DNA of 51,635 bases, filler included, from Bipalium vagum (taxonomy: Eukaryota), in assembly GCA_037834085.1 (NCBI GenBank). It is 2 parts of 2 records of this genome, joined end to end, with 100 filler letters (N's around TTAATTAATTAA, not from the genome) between each part and the next. Parts side by side here need not be neighbours in the genome. Positions count along the whole stretch, not along the records: positions 1 to 21,935 come from JBBMKC010229194.1; 1 more part is not named here. The stretch is one strand, 5' to 3'. The notes under the pieces were generated by a model. It was not told the origin of the DNA, searched no databases, and was given only the letters and a program-made list of their open reading frames with translations. Of the stretch, positions 1 to 13,600 are shown in pieces; the first letter of the stretch is position 1, and every line of letters starts with the position of its first letter. The translations under genes and the position numbers were made by a program.

Positions 1-92
1 ATAAATAGTGAGAATTAATCATGCCAAATTTTATTGAAATATAAATATTTTTTCGGCTTCATTCTAAGGACTTATCAAGCCCAACCATGTAT
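1..92 (+). mobile_element. Probable 3' end (TIR) of a mariner-like element
   Basis: GGACTTATCAAGCCCAACCATGTA resembles a mariner terminus ending at TA; partner TIR is not in the window. Confidence 0.3.
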
Positions 93-1625
93 ATATTTCT
101 AAACACAGTTGCGCAATCTTAACCAATTGACGTAAACTTTTAATTAATACTTCTCATAAATAATTACTCGGTGCTTCACCGCTGATCAATTAAAAGTTTT
201 TTGTTCTTCCATTTTGTTTAAAGTTTTGCACAGCCGCTAGCTGGAAATTTTCCTGAGGGCTTTAACACACTAGGCTAAGCTTGTGTTTAAAGAATCTGAT
301 CAATCAGCATAAAATTTTATTAACCCTTGTCATTGAAAATCCTGTCAAAAACCTATTTTTCAATAAAGATTTTATTTAACAATTTGTTTCGTTTTCGATC
401 GATTTTTACATTGTGTCAATGATTATTATAGTGCTTCACGTTCATCCTTAATTCCTTCTGATATCACATACTTTGTTAAGTGACCTAAAAGCAGAGTTAA
501 GTCTTTTGAAACCAACCATCTTTTTAGGAACTTAACACAATTTTAACTTATAATCTAAAATAAACTCCATTAATTTGTTTAAAATTTTTAAAAATAATAT
601 TTCAGACATACATTAAAATAATTTTTACTTTTAAAATTTTAAGTTCATTATAATAAATATTTAGATTAATCAAAAAATTGTATTATATTTTATAGTATAA
701 AAAGAATTTACATAAAACAGAAAATCTGTATTATAAATATTATTATCTAAATAATAAGACTAGTTGTGAAAGGGTTTGGGTACAATGCCAACGTTTATTA
801 AATAAAGCTTCAAACTTATATATTCATTGTTCTGCGTAATGTACAAAAGCAATATAAGTTTTTATGAGTCAGATTGAACACAAAACTTGTTTAATATTGT
901 CCAAATGTAAACGTACATAATCATACTTTCTAAGATACTACACTGAAATAGATTATTTTTATAACGATAATTTGAGATCTTAAAAAGTTAATGTCAGCCT
1001 CTGAACGATAGCCTAAATAGGAAAATTTTTTAATTTTAGTTTGAAATTGATTAAGATTTTAAATTTGTAATACTTATAAAAGTATATTTTTACTTAATTT
1101 TCGATATACAATATAAATTAAACTTATCGGTATTATTTAGTTATTTTTAAATTGTACTATTATTTTTAAATTGTAATTGTATTTATAAAATACTGAAAAC
1201 CTTTACCATTTTATTGTTATTTGAATAATTATTATAATTGATTTATTTTGTTGGTATTTATTTCAAAATTGGTTAATTTAAATTTGTTAATAAAGTCTAA
1301 GTTTAATGATTAATGTAATAAATATTATATGTACTTATTTCAGAATGAATTTCCAAGTCTTATTTTAATTTTTATAAGCGTTAATTATATTTTAAAATAT
1401 ATATATTAATACAAGTAATCATTTAAATATTAATTATACATTTCTAAGAAATGTTTTAATTTTTTATATGTATAAAGTAAATTCAAAATAATTTATTATC
1501 AAACCGATACTGTTTTTATATTTTTCAAAATATTAAAAATTGTCATAATTTTATTATAAGCTTACTATATGCATTAATTAATAAAATGGGAATTCTTGAT
1601 ATTATTCATTGTTTCAGATAATTAA

Positions 1626-4600
1626 ATGGATGATACAGAAATAGATATTGACGAATTTTTGGATAGGATTAGAGGTAACAAACCTCCTTTTGCCTGTCCT
1701 TTTGATGAGTGTTCTAAGTATTTTCGTAGCTTCACGGGTAATTAATTTTATATAGAAAAAGTATTCAAGAAATATTTATATAATTAGCAATTCAAAAGCA
1801 TCTCTTATGTTTTCACAAGAAATCTAAAGAAATTGAAATCTGTGAAATTGATGTTGTAAACGATGACAATAAATATGTACTAAATGGAACTCTAACATCT
1901 AACAAAGACAATATTTGTAACGGATATTTGAAAACGAACATGAAAAATTCGTCTAAATTTGTGACCGACACCATTCAGTTATCGTATGCTGATTCTAAAA
2001 AATTCGTTATACTTCAAAATGATAAGCGCAGCTTTCGTTGTAATGTCAGCGTTCCGATCTACATATTACTTGAAGAAGATGATTTGAATAAAAGTGTTAC
2101 TTCGGAAATATCAGCCAACACAATTCATGACGAAAATTCCAATGACACATCACAATCTAAGCAGTCCAATAACACTGTGATGAAACGTGTTGCTATCAAA
2201 CGACGTCGATCGTTGCCTCTTAAACAAAATCGCAAAATGCGCAAATTAAATGACAGCAGCAAAGACTTGTCAATTACGACAATTGAAGACAAGACACAAG
2301 AACAGACAAATTGTGAAAACTCAAAAATTTTACAAACTCCGGTGCCAATTTTCACAGAAGATATCAATCTAAAATATTTTGAAAAGGAAGTGCCACATAA
2401 CATTGAGGGTTATGTAAAGTATGTTGAAAAGACTGTTGAGGAATTGGATGAAATTGTTGAATACGATCTTGACGAAGAAGTGAGTCACAAATTTTAAAGT
2501 TTTATATTTTTAAATTGTTCACAAAATAATATTTATTAAAATTTGACTGATTTGATAAAGAATTGTTAATGATTTTCCGGTTTTTTCTTAATGTCTACTA
2601 TTTGTTTTGTAGTTGCTTTGTTCTTTTTTCAGGCGTTGTTGAAAATTGTTTCACTGAATACGATTATAATAGGCGGATAATATTGAATGTGTCAAGCAAA
2701 TTGATTGGTGGAGAATTATTTTTACATTTTGATCAATTGGTCCTATATTTATATAGTAAATATAGATTGATATAATTCAATAATTATATCAACCAATATC
2801 TCAGAGTTAGAGAAACATTGCTAGTCTTATGGCATTCGTTATATTATATTGAGTCTAATCCAACTAAACCTTATATATTCATTGTGAATATTCTGTATTG
2901 TAGTACTCAGAACTGTTTTGCTTATCATTGATCCTTAACCTAATTATATTTGTAAAACATGTTTGGGATTTGAAAAAAACCTATTCAGGATTTGATATGG
3001 TTGCCAAAATGTAACGAGTACCTTGCGTCTCTCGAATCTCCGAAATTCGATAAGAAAAAGAGCCGTCGCATCCAATGGAAGACGAAGAAAACTAATCTTA
3101 TCGACCAGTCAACCATGGAATACGTTATTGATCGATTTGAGAAAGAATGTCATTTTGAATCGATTTCTGGTAGCAACATGCATAATGATATCGACGAAGA
3201 TGCCGTATGTGACGTTTGCTTGGATGGTACCTGTGATAATAGCAATGTCATATTATTTTGTGATGTTTGTAATTTAGCCGTGCATCAGGTTAGATAATTA
3301 TTTATTATTATAACGTGTTTTGGTAATTTTTTGTCAATATTGGAAAAAAAATATTTTTGACTATAGGTTCTGTACCTGTACTCACTAAAATGGTCTCTTT
3401 TAAATATCAGTTATAAAATCGAAAGAACTCATGGATTTTCGAAAATTATTGATTTTTTTACATAAGTAAAAATAATTGACGATAATTTTAATGAGGTCAA
3501 ATGTTTGATTTGATTGATTTCACTCAAAATTACTTTATTGGTTATGAGTTTTGTTTTCATATAAATTTCTTTAGAAAAGAAAATATTTTTATTTGACTAA
3601 ATTAATATTTTAAGATATTACCTTTCTTCCCTCTATATCCAGTCTAGGTTCTACTTGACAAATTTCTATAACGATGTGAACAATTAAACAAATCACGGGC
3701 ATTGTTATCTGATTAATATTTTTCCAATCAAATTGAAATCATCAAAAATCAAATTGAAATCAGCTTTAATATGTGACAATTAAGGATTTAAAAAATAAGC
3801 AGTTATATTTTTAGAAAGTGTTTTCATTGAAACACACTGATGACAACCGAAAGAGAAAAGGGATATCTTAAAGATATACATTCTTTACCAATTGAAAGTC
3901 TCTTAGTATTTCTTAATAATATACTTTAAGTAATCCTTTTCACTATTAAAGTCTGTTTATTTTTTTTATAAAATTGAGTTCTTGTTATGTTGATTTTATT
4001 ACAAAATGTAAAGAAAATTGATATGTTCTATGATTCTTATTCTTATATCGATTTTTACATAAAAGGTAATTGATTTTATGTTTCTATGATGTAATTAGTT
4101 TCAATATTTTTATGTTTCACTGCAAATTTTGTGCCATGCGATCATTCTACTAAAGACGTATTGATTTTATGCGAATATATTTCTTGTGAAACAAATTTTA
4201 AAAATGTAAAAATTGATATGATTGAAATAGAAAAAATGTAATTGTAAATTGTTAAAAAAAATCACTAAAATATGATTTTAATCCAGTATATTCAATAAAA
4301 TTAAAATTTTTTATGAAAAATCCCATTCAAAATTCGCTTTAGAAACCATTTTCCCAACACAACAACCAATATTTACATTTGTTTCTCTCACATTTTTAAT
4401 ATTTAGATTTGTCAGTACTGAAAGACAGTCATTGTCAATATATTCATTTAAAGATGTGTGATGTCACAGAAAAATTACTGAAAAAATAAAACCGTTTTCC
4501 AATTTTAGAACGATTTTATCCTCCATTTCTCTTTATAAAATTGACAAAATCTTTTCTTGTCGCATACAGACGGGGAATTATAACACACTTTAGACTATTT

Positions 4601-7600
4601 AGAAATGAGGATTTTTCTCTTTTGGCAACAATTTTTTATTTTACAATTATTCACATCATTGTTCCCAATGATTTTCAACACGTGGTTTTTCATATAAAAG
4701 TGACACTTAAATTTATAGAAATAATCGATTTAAATTGTGTAGGAATGTTATGGAGTACCATATGTGCCTGAAGGACAATGGTTGTGTAGAAAATGTCTTC
4801 ATTCTCCTAGTCATCCCGTTGATTGTTGCTTATGCCCGAATAAAGGTGGTGCTTTCAAACAAACAAACGATAATCGATGGGCTCATGTTGTTTGTGGTTT
4901 ATGGATTCCTGAGATCATGTTTGCAAATTTAATTTTTCTGGAGCCAATAGAAAACATAGAAAAAATTGAGTCGGCCAGGTAACATATTCTATTAAATGAA
5001 GAATAATAATATGGCAAAAATTCATTTTTGGTTTACCATAGGTGGCGATTAGCATGTTATTTGTGTAAACAGAAAAATGGTGGTGCTTGTATCCAATGTC
5101 ACAAAAGTAATTGTTACACTGCATTTCACGTCACTTGTGCTCAACAAGCTGGGCTGTACATGAAAATCGAGCAAAGCGAAAAGACAAGTGGTCCTGCCGG
5201 TATTAGGAAAAGCGCATTTTGTGATGTTCATACTCCATCTGGGTATAAAGCGGTAATCTAATTAATTTCAATTCAATTCTTTCATTTAAATAATTTAACA
5301 AATTAAAAAAGACTCGAACACCTTTGGTGTGGAATTTGATGTCTTATTATTATAAATTAAACACTTAAAATTAATTTTAATTCTTGGGATAATTCTCTTG
5401 CGAGAGTTTAGATTTTTTTGTTAATACTTATCGATTTTCATATGAATTTCCAATTTTTTTCCGGTAATAACTTTAATGATAGATCATAAACATGGGAAAA
5501 AAGTTATTAAATTTTTATAAAAATATTTGATTTTTGATATTTTTATAATTGGTTTTTCTCATAAAAATATTTTAATAGTTTAATATTAAGACACCTGCTA
5601 TTAATATATATATATATATAGTAACAAAATTAATACTTGATGCCTCAATTTAATTTTGTTGACAGATAGTTAATTAACTTTACTTGACAGTGAGTTTTTT
5701 TCTCTAGGGTGTCTGTCGAGCTATGTATGCAAATTCTGATGATGAATTATCAAACGAAAAATCAAGCAAAAGACAAAAGAAACTTAAAGATGTTCGAAAA
5801 CTTTTAAATAAACGACGAAATTATTCTCCACCAATTTCTTATCCTGTTATTCCTCCTGAAAAATTAAGAGTAAACCATTATTTTTCATTTTTTTATTCAG
5901 TGTCTCATGTTGAGTTTATAAAATTAATCAGGAAATCATTGAAAACACAAATATCAAACATCACAAAGAAGAATTTATGAACCGAATCCATTCCTATTGG
6001 AAAATGAAACGGGAATATCGTCGTGGTGTTCCCCTGCTTCGCCGCTTGGTGGCCTCTTCATCAAAATCGAATCTATCATTGGTGAGTAATTGATACTGAT
6101 AAAATTCAATTGAAAATGTTAATGCCTAATTTTGATTGGACAAAAATTATTATATTGAGTTTGACATTGGTGATTATTTCCATTAGATTTATGGTTGCCT
6201 TGACGTGATGACTTGTACTGTTGGTATACTGTTGAAATGGACATTATCGATTATTATATTACAAAAATAATTCTAATTGCGAAAATTTTTTTTCAAAAAA
6301 ATTCTGATAAACAAAATTATCATAATTTTTTATTGTGCACCTTAAAATCACAAATTTTTGAAATATTGGATATCTAATCGATTTGTTGATTTATGTATTT
6401 TGAGTGTAGTTAAATATTGGTGTACTATGTGAGGAGAACGTATTTATTTAAATATTGTTTCTGTGATTTAATGGAGTTTTCATTTCTACAGTTATCGATT
6501 GACGAAGGAAGCAGCGAAATGATCTCCAATCTCAAATTCTGGCAACAAATTCGCCAGGATCTCGAAAAAGCCAGACTATTGTCAGAACTGAGTCGTAAAA
6601 GAGAGAAATTAAAAAGGGAGCTGTTTCGCAATTTTGTTGCTATGAATGAATTATTGCTTTATCCGTCATTGAATCTTATAAAGTCACTAATTGACGAATT
6701 ACAAGTAACAAGAATCTTTGAAAAAAGACATTTATTTTAATCTCAACGCAGGGTTTGGATACCAACAAAATATTCGCAGAACCCGTCCATGACATCATAG
6801 CTCCAAATTATTCGAAAATCATTCAATGTCCAATGGACTTTTCACTGATGAGAAAAAAGCACAAGTCCCATGAATATGTCAACATTGAAAGTGTAAAGAT
6901 CGATTTCCAGTTAATGATGAACAATTGTCAGCGCTACAATGCTAAAAACACAATATATTACAATACTGCAAATCGATTGTTAACAGAGGTGAGCCTTATT
7001 TTTTTTGGTATTTTAGAGATAAATTAAGGATAAGGAATGTGTAATTTGAAGAGAATTATTTAGTGTATTACTTTTGTTCACATCAAATAATACTAAAGTG
7101 TTATTATTGGTTGATTGTTCTTCAATTGATTTCTTTTAACACACTTTAATTATGTTATTTATTATTTTTGTTTACTATACAATTAGTGTTTATTGATTAT
7201 ATATTTATATACATTTGTCTCTAATGAAATGAAGGTTTGTAAGAAGTTTTTTATTTTACTAAATTACATCGATTTTTCAATAAATTCATGATCAAACAGA
7301 TTTTTTATAAGTAAACCTGATTCATTGCGGCTTAATGTAGAAGGATAATATAAGACAATATAACAATTCACTAGCTTAAACTCTTAAAAAGATTAAGTAC
7401 CATACCAGAATGGTCGAAAAGGTTTACAAATTAATCTGTTATTGACTTTCAATAGTTCATAATTTTTTTCTGTTCTTAATCTTGTGAAAAATTCACAGGC
7501 ATTGATTAAAGATAAGCTACATTATATAATGTATCCACGAGGGTTTGAAAAGTTAGAGCTCCGATGAGACTTGGTTTTAATAACGAAATAATATCGGATT

Positions 7601-10600
7601 TCTATCTGAAATTTTTTTCCGCAATGCATTAAAGTCTTGTTAAAATTTATTTTTTGCAACAAGCGCGTTCCACAAAATATTTTGAGACTTAAATATGAAA
7701 TATTTTTATGTTGGAATATATTTAATGAAAATGAATAATTAAAACCTTTTTATGCATAGTGGTATTATTTCAATTATCTCAAATTTTTATACAGAAAGTG
7801 TTCTTGTTAGGAAACGAATTTAAAATGTTTATAAATTTTACACTGTTTTCAGATTAAGAAATTGTAGTTTATTTTTCTGTGTCAGATTTCAATTTATTAT
7901 ACGTGATTCTTAAAATAGAAATTGACTATTTCCATTATTTTATCGCTAAATTATATAATATTAGAAAGTTTATCTAATTAATCGATAAAAATGTTTAGAA
8001 GATTATTGAGTTTTTTTTAGAAAGAAAAAAATATTTTTAATATTTCAGAAATAAATTTATACTATTACTTTGAATAACCAAAGATATTTATGAGTTTATT
8101 CAATAAATTCCATGAATTATCGATTTATGGATATATTAAAAATATAAAAAACTATTGAAACATTTTTCTTATCAAAATCTTAAAGAATCATATGTTCAAC
8201 CTTTCAAATATTTTTGAACATTTGTAAAAAGAATTGTTTTAATTTTAAAATATTACAAATTAGAAATGCTGCAGTTGTTGAAACTAATGTTGTGAGTATT
8301 GGCTAGATGGTATAACTATTGTTGTTTTAGATCATTTTTTTTCTAAGACACCGAATCAGATATAAAAATTAGGGGCGAATATTGGTCAACCCTGTCAGCC
8401 AACGTGTTAAAGTAATTCTTAAATATTAATTTTAGATAAATGATCTTAATGACGGATTTATCTCCTTGAAAATTAATATAATCTTAAACTCAAATTCTCT
8501 ATGCTCAAAATTTAAGGTAATTAAAAATAATATTTCTGGATAATTGATTATTGTCCATAAAATCCCCTTCTTTATTTATAGTTATTATGATTCAAAATAA
8601 TCATTAATTGGATGAAATCCAATTACTTGTTTCACCAATTTTTAAAGGTGAAATGTCGTCAAATTTCCAACCTTTTAAAACAATCTTTCTGTAAACCTAA
8701 AACTTAACAAAGTAAATAAAGATAACCTTAGCATTAAAATATAAGAAAGAAATTTAAATTGATTAAAAATGAGATATCAATTTATTTTTTAAAATTTTTA
8801 ACACCGACATATATACATATATTTTGTTGTTGTTATCTACGATGTATGTACTAATAAGGTTTATTTTTCATAAAATAATTCTTATTTAGTCCCTGGCAGT
8901 ATTCGATCGTTATTCGAAACAGTATGATGAAATCGGATATGATAAGGAAACGGGATTGTTTTCCAATAAAACAATATATGACATAATAATCAATTCAAAA
9001 CTTGGTGATCGAGATCTGTGTCAATTGGAAAATGGTAGGTGCAATTGAAATCACACAAGGCAAGGTATTTTAAAATTCACAATTTTTTAATTCAGAGATC
9101 AATAAAGCTCCAACAGCAAGCACATTATATTCAGAACTTGTTATCGATACACAATGTGTAACCCGTTGCTCTCCAAGGTCTCTTGAATCTTTCTCATCTA
9201 GCAATAATGAATCCTATTCGATGTATGTAGAAAAATAAATAATATAGATTTGTAATCATTCAATCTTTGTCAATGTTTCACAATTTTCAGGTGAATTAGC
9301 CTGGCAAATTATTTATATTGGTTTTTTTTTGTTGTATTTTATTGACTACTGTTTTACGTATGAAATGTCTGGGGATTTTTGGGTTTGTGAGGATACATTT
9401 TAGGTTCTTTACAGAATCAAAAATATTGAAACTGGTATCTTTATTATTATTCATCGATTATCTCATATATAAGTGTAGGCATAAGTTTTAGTCCATTTAA
9501 AAAAAAATTAAATGTTATTAAAAAGGTAATATATTTATTTTTATACGACAGGGATTCAATGAATCAGTCATCAACATAATATCCATTATTGGAAATAATT
9601 TTTTGCCATCTTTCAGGTAATTGCCGAATTCCGGAACAATAGAAAAATATTTGTTTTGACAAAATCTCTTATCTGGTCAACATTTTTGGAACGACATCCA
9701 GCTAATTCATGTTGCATTGAGCGAAAAAATGAAAATTTGTAGGAGCTGGGTCTGGAGAATAAGCCGCGTGAGGAAGAACTTCCCAGCCTAAATGTAAAAT
9801 TGTTTCCTGAGTATGTTTAGCTACATGTGGTCTGGCATTGTAATTTAGCAGGACAATCTTACGCGATCCTTGCCCGAAAAAAGGTCTTTTTTCTCGATTT
9901 GTTTAGCCAAATTCAGCAATTTTTTACTATAACGTCCTGCATTAATGGTTTCAACAGCCTGGAGGAGATCATAAGGAATGAGTCCTTTCATATCCAATCA
10001 GATGCAAATGAGTACTTCTTTATTGTGAAAATTTGTTTTGATAACTGAAGTTGCTGGCATTCCAGGGCCCACCAACGAATGTTTGCATTTTGGATTATTG
10101 TAATTAATTCCTTTTCATCTCCAGTGACGATTTTTCATAAAAGTCTTTTTATTTGTCTATCAATAAGGGATGCGCATGTTGTTTATCGGCATAAAATATT
10201 GTTTTCGGAAAGTTCGTGCGGAATCAAGTTTCCAGCTTTCTGAATTTTTCCGTCTCCAAACAGTTCTTTGATGAACGACAAGTTGTTTAGAAAGTTCTGC
10301 TTGCGTCTGGGCTGTATTTTCATTCAGCAACTCTTCCATTTTGGTAGATTTCAATATTTGTCGAGCACCATTACGTGATCGATCGGTAACATCAAAATTT
10401 CCGTCTTTGAATCGACGATAGCAGTATTTACATGTACTGCGGGAAACGACATTATTACCAAGAACAGAAAATATTGATTTAAATGCCTGTGGAATTTTGC
10501 CTTGATCAAATTCATGTCCTATGCAACAGTGAACGTACAATTTTTCATCACTGATTTTGAAGACTGATATTTTGGTTTTTTATAAAATAACTTGTATTTA

Positions 10601-13600
10601 TATAGTAAAAATTAATATATTTATAAAATTTAATATATTGATTACCAATGTAAAATTTCGCGGCAGTTATTTGATAATATTTTGATTAGTAAAATAACGA
10701 TGAAAAAATGATTTTTAAACTTATGCCTACACCTAATAAATCAATATTTTTGAAGTAAAATGTTTTTCAGCATGCTTTTGTTTAGTGAAAATTTAAACAT
10801 TTCCATTTTTACGGGATATATTATTCTACAAAATCCGCAATATTTTAAAAAATTACAATCGGTATAACTTGAGGTCACCAACCATTTTATGGCTTGATCG
10901 ATTTATTGCAATAAAAGAGGACAGTAATAATTGAAAAATTTCCTTTCAAAAAATAATGTGAAACATTTTAGTCAACTTAGTATCGATTTGTTGAAACACG
11001 AGGTAAATAATTCTGGCATTGAACAGAGTTAAAAGAAATGAAGTTGGATGAGCTATATTAATATTTTATTTGAATTTTTAACGATTTTGAGACTTCGTGT
11101 TAATGAATATTTTATTGGTATGAGAAAATTTTTGATATTTTTCTTGAAAAATATGCCTATAATGTTAAATCTTTATTTATTGATATATATTACTCTAATT
11201 CGCTAGTTATTGACAGTGCCATTAAATCTAAATTACAATAAATATTTCGATTTTCAATCATGAAAACAGACTCATTTGAATAACAGACATAATTATATTG
11301 ATTTATCTTTTAAAATGAAATTGTAATTATAAACATTGAATGGAAAATTATAACTAAACTATAATAATGGAATTGCATATTTTGTATTTGCTTCCGATAC
11401 TTTCATTAAAAATTTCTTGAATTATTTAAAGATATTATTTTCAGGAAATGAATATATAAATCAATACGAAATTTCTATTTAATATAAAATCAATATTTTA
11501 AAACTATTTGTTACCTTAAATAGCTGTGAAAGTTTTTAATTAAAGAGAATTTTAATCGAAATAATGAACAAAAATTTTAATTAAAAATTCAATTTTTAAA
11601 TATATTTTATGATTGCATGCAAACAAATTGATTGTTTTTTAAATTATTATTTTGTAACTTAAGGATATCTTTTCAATAATTTGAATTCATAGAGAAAACA
11701 AATTTAATAATCTTTAACACATTCTTGCAATGCTTAGTTATTCTTTTTAGAAAATAAAATCCATTTTATGATTATTTTTATCAATTTAAAATTATCAAAA
11801 CTTCTTGAAAAGTTTTATTAAATAATGAAAAACACTTAACTTTTATTTCAAAAATATTGACAATTATCGATCAACTTTTATCACCTGAGGATAAATTTAC
11901 AAACTAAATTAATCCAATTTTCAGAAAAAGTTGTCAATAATAATCATAAATAAAATATATTTATCAATTTTTTCGGTTTTAAATTAATCAAAAAATCATA
12001 AACTTCTAATTATTGTTTGAAATTTATAATTTTTATTTTATAAGCAGAAAACCTAAGAAATTGAACGACTCTAATAATGATGTTGAACAAAACTCAAAGA
12101 TTGAAGATCATTCTAAATCGGTTGGGGAATTTGCTGATTCTCGAGAGAATTCTGATCTTATAAAAATGCCCGCTACGAGCTCCACGACCATCGAGTCAAT
12201 TAGCAGTAGTGTTCGTAAGAAAAATGTTATCAATAATCAATTCATAAAAAATCACAATTCTCGTGTGACAAGCACCCATCCTGACCCTGATTCGACTTTT
12301 GAAAATTATACAAACGGTGAAGATAACGTAAATATTCAGTCTATTCAGACACTTTTTTTATGAATGTTATTTTCGTTCTCTTAGTTTTCACCACCAAATT
12401 GGTCTTCGATATTGTCCGATAGTTGTAGAAAATCTGAGGAAAACCAAAATGATTCTTATGATATTGAGGATGAAAATTCTACTATCGACGATTCGAATGA
12501 TTTGGTCGATTCCCTTGATTGTTCCGATGGTGATGAAAACAAGACAAAGTTTGCTGTTAGATTGAAGCCCTATGATTTGGTGTGGGCAAAATGCTCAGGA
12601 TATCCTTGGTTCCCGGGCTTGGTAAGAAGTATTTTATTGGCATAATCCTGCTAAATTTTAATTTTTGAGCGGATATTGTAGATCTCATGAGTAGAAATAA
12701 ACTCAAAAACCAATTAATAAATAACATTCATATAACGATTATAACATTAATATCCAACAATATTCAATTGAACCTACTTAACTTGAATATTATTTAACGT
12801 GAACATTTTTTAAATTGAACAAAAATTAGTTTTTTGTGAATATTGATCTAAATTACTATAATTTTTTGTATCTTTAAATTTGAACATTGTGTTATTGGGT
12901 TGGAGCTTTACTGGGAAGTTCTTCAGCATTCTTCGTATTCCCCAGATTTTGCTCCTACCGAGTTAGAAGGTATTGTTCTATGTGATATCGATGTCTATAT
13001 TAAAAAAAACTATTATAATTTTATTTGAAACGTAAAAATATAAAATAAAGGGAAAATTCACATTAAATAAATAGGTAGCTTAATTCAAGTACTGGATCAC
13101 ATTAAATCGGACCTCTGCTCAATCGTTACAATTTATTTTTCTCGAAAAATAACCATTTGAACATTTGGTTAACATGAAAAATAATGAAAATATGATGGAA
13201 ATTATTCTATTTCCACAAGTGTACTGAAAATAATTGAAATCAAACTAAATTAATAATATTAGGTACAATAGAGAATTCGTCCCCATCGTTTTGTTATAGT
13301 TAATTATTATTATAAATATCTTGTATTTGTCATTGAAAATAAAACTACAAAGTAATATTATAATACAATAGTTAGTATTTGTTTCAACTGATTAAATAGT
13401 TTATTTATTGTTTATAGCGAAAATGCAAAATCATAGACCAAGAAAACAGCATTTTTGCGGGAATGATTATTTTGGTACATTTAAAGAAATCAGAAGCCAA
13501 AGCTCATAGAATAATGAAAAAAGCTTACTATGAACACGCCCTGTTCGAAAAAATATGTTGAGAATGGTATCAACGATTTAAGACAGGTGACATTAGCGTC

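Noticed and set aside
2125-6631. Antisense or alternate-frame ORFs (2125-2403, 3023-3277, 4735-4932, 4915-5124, 5049-5231, 6425-6631)
   Set aside because: Shadows of BRPF1 exons with no independent motifs.
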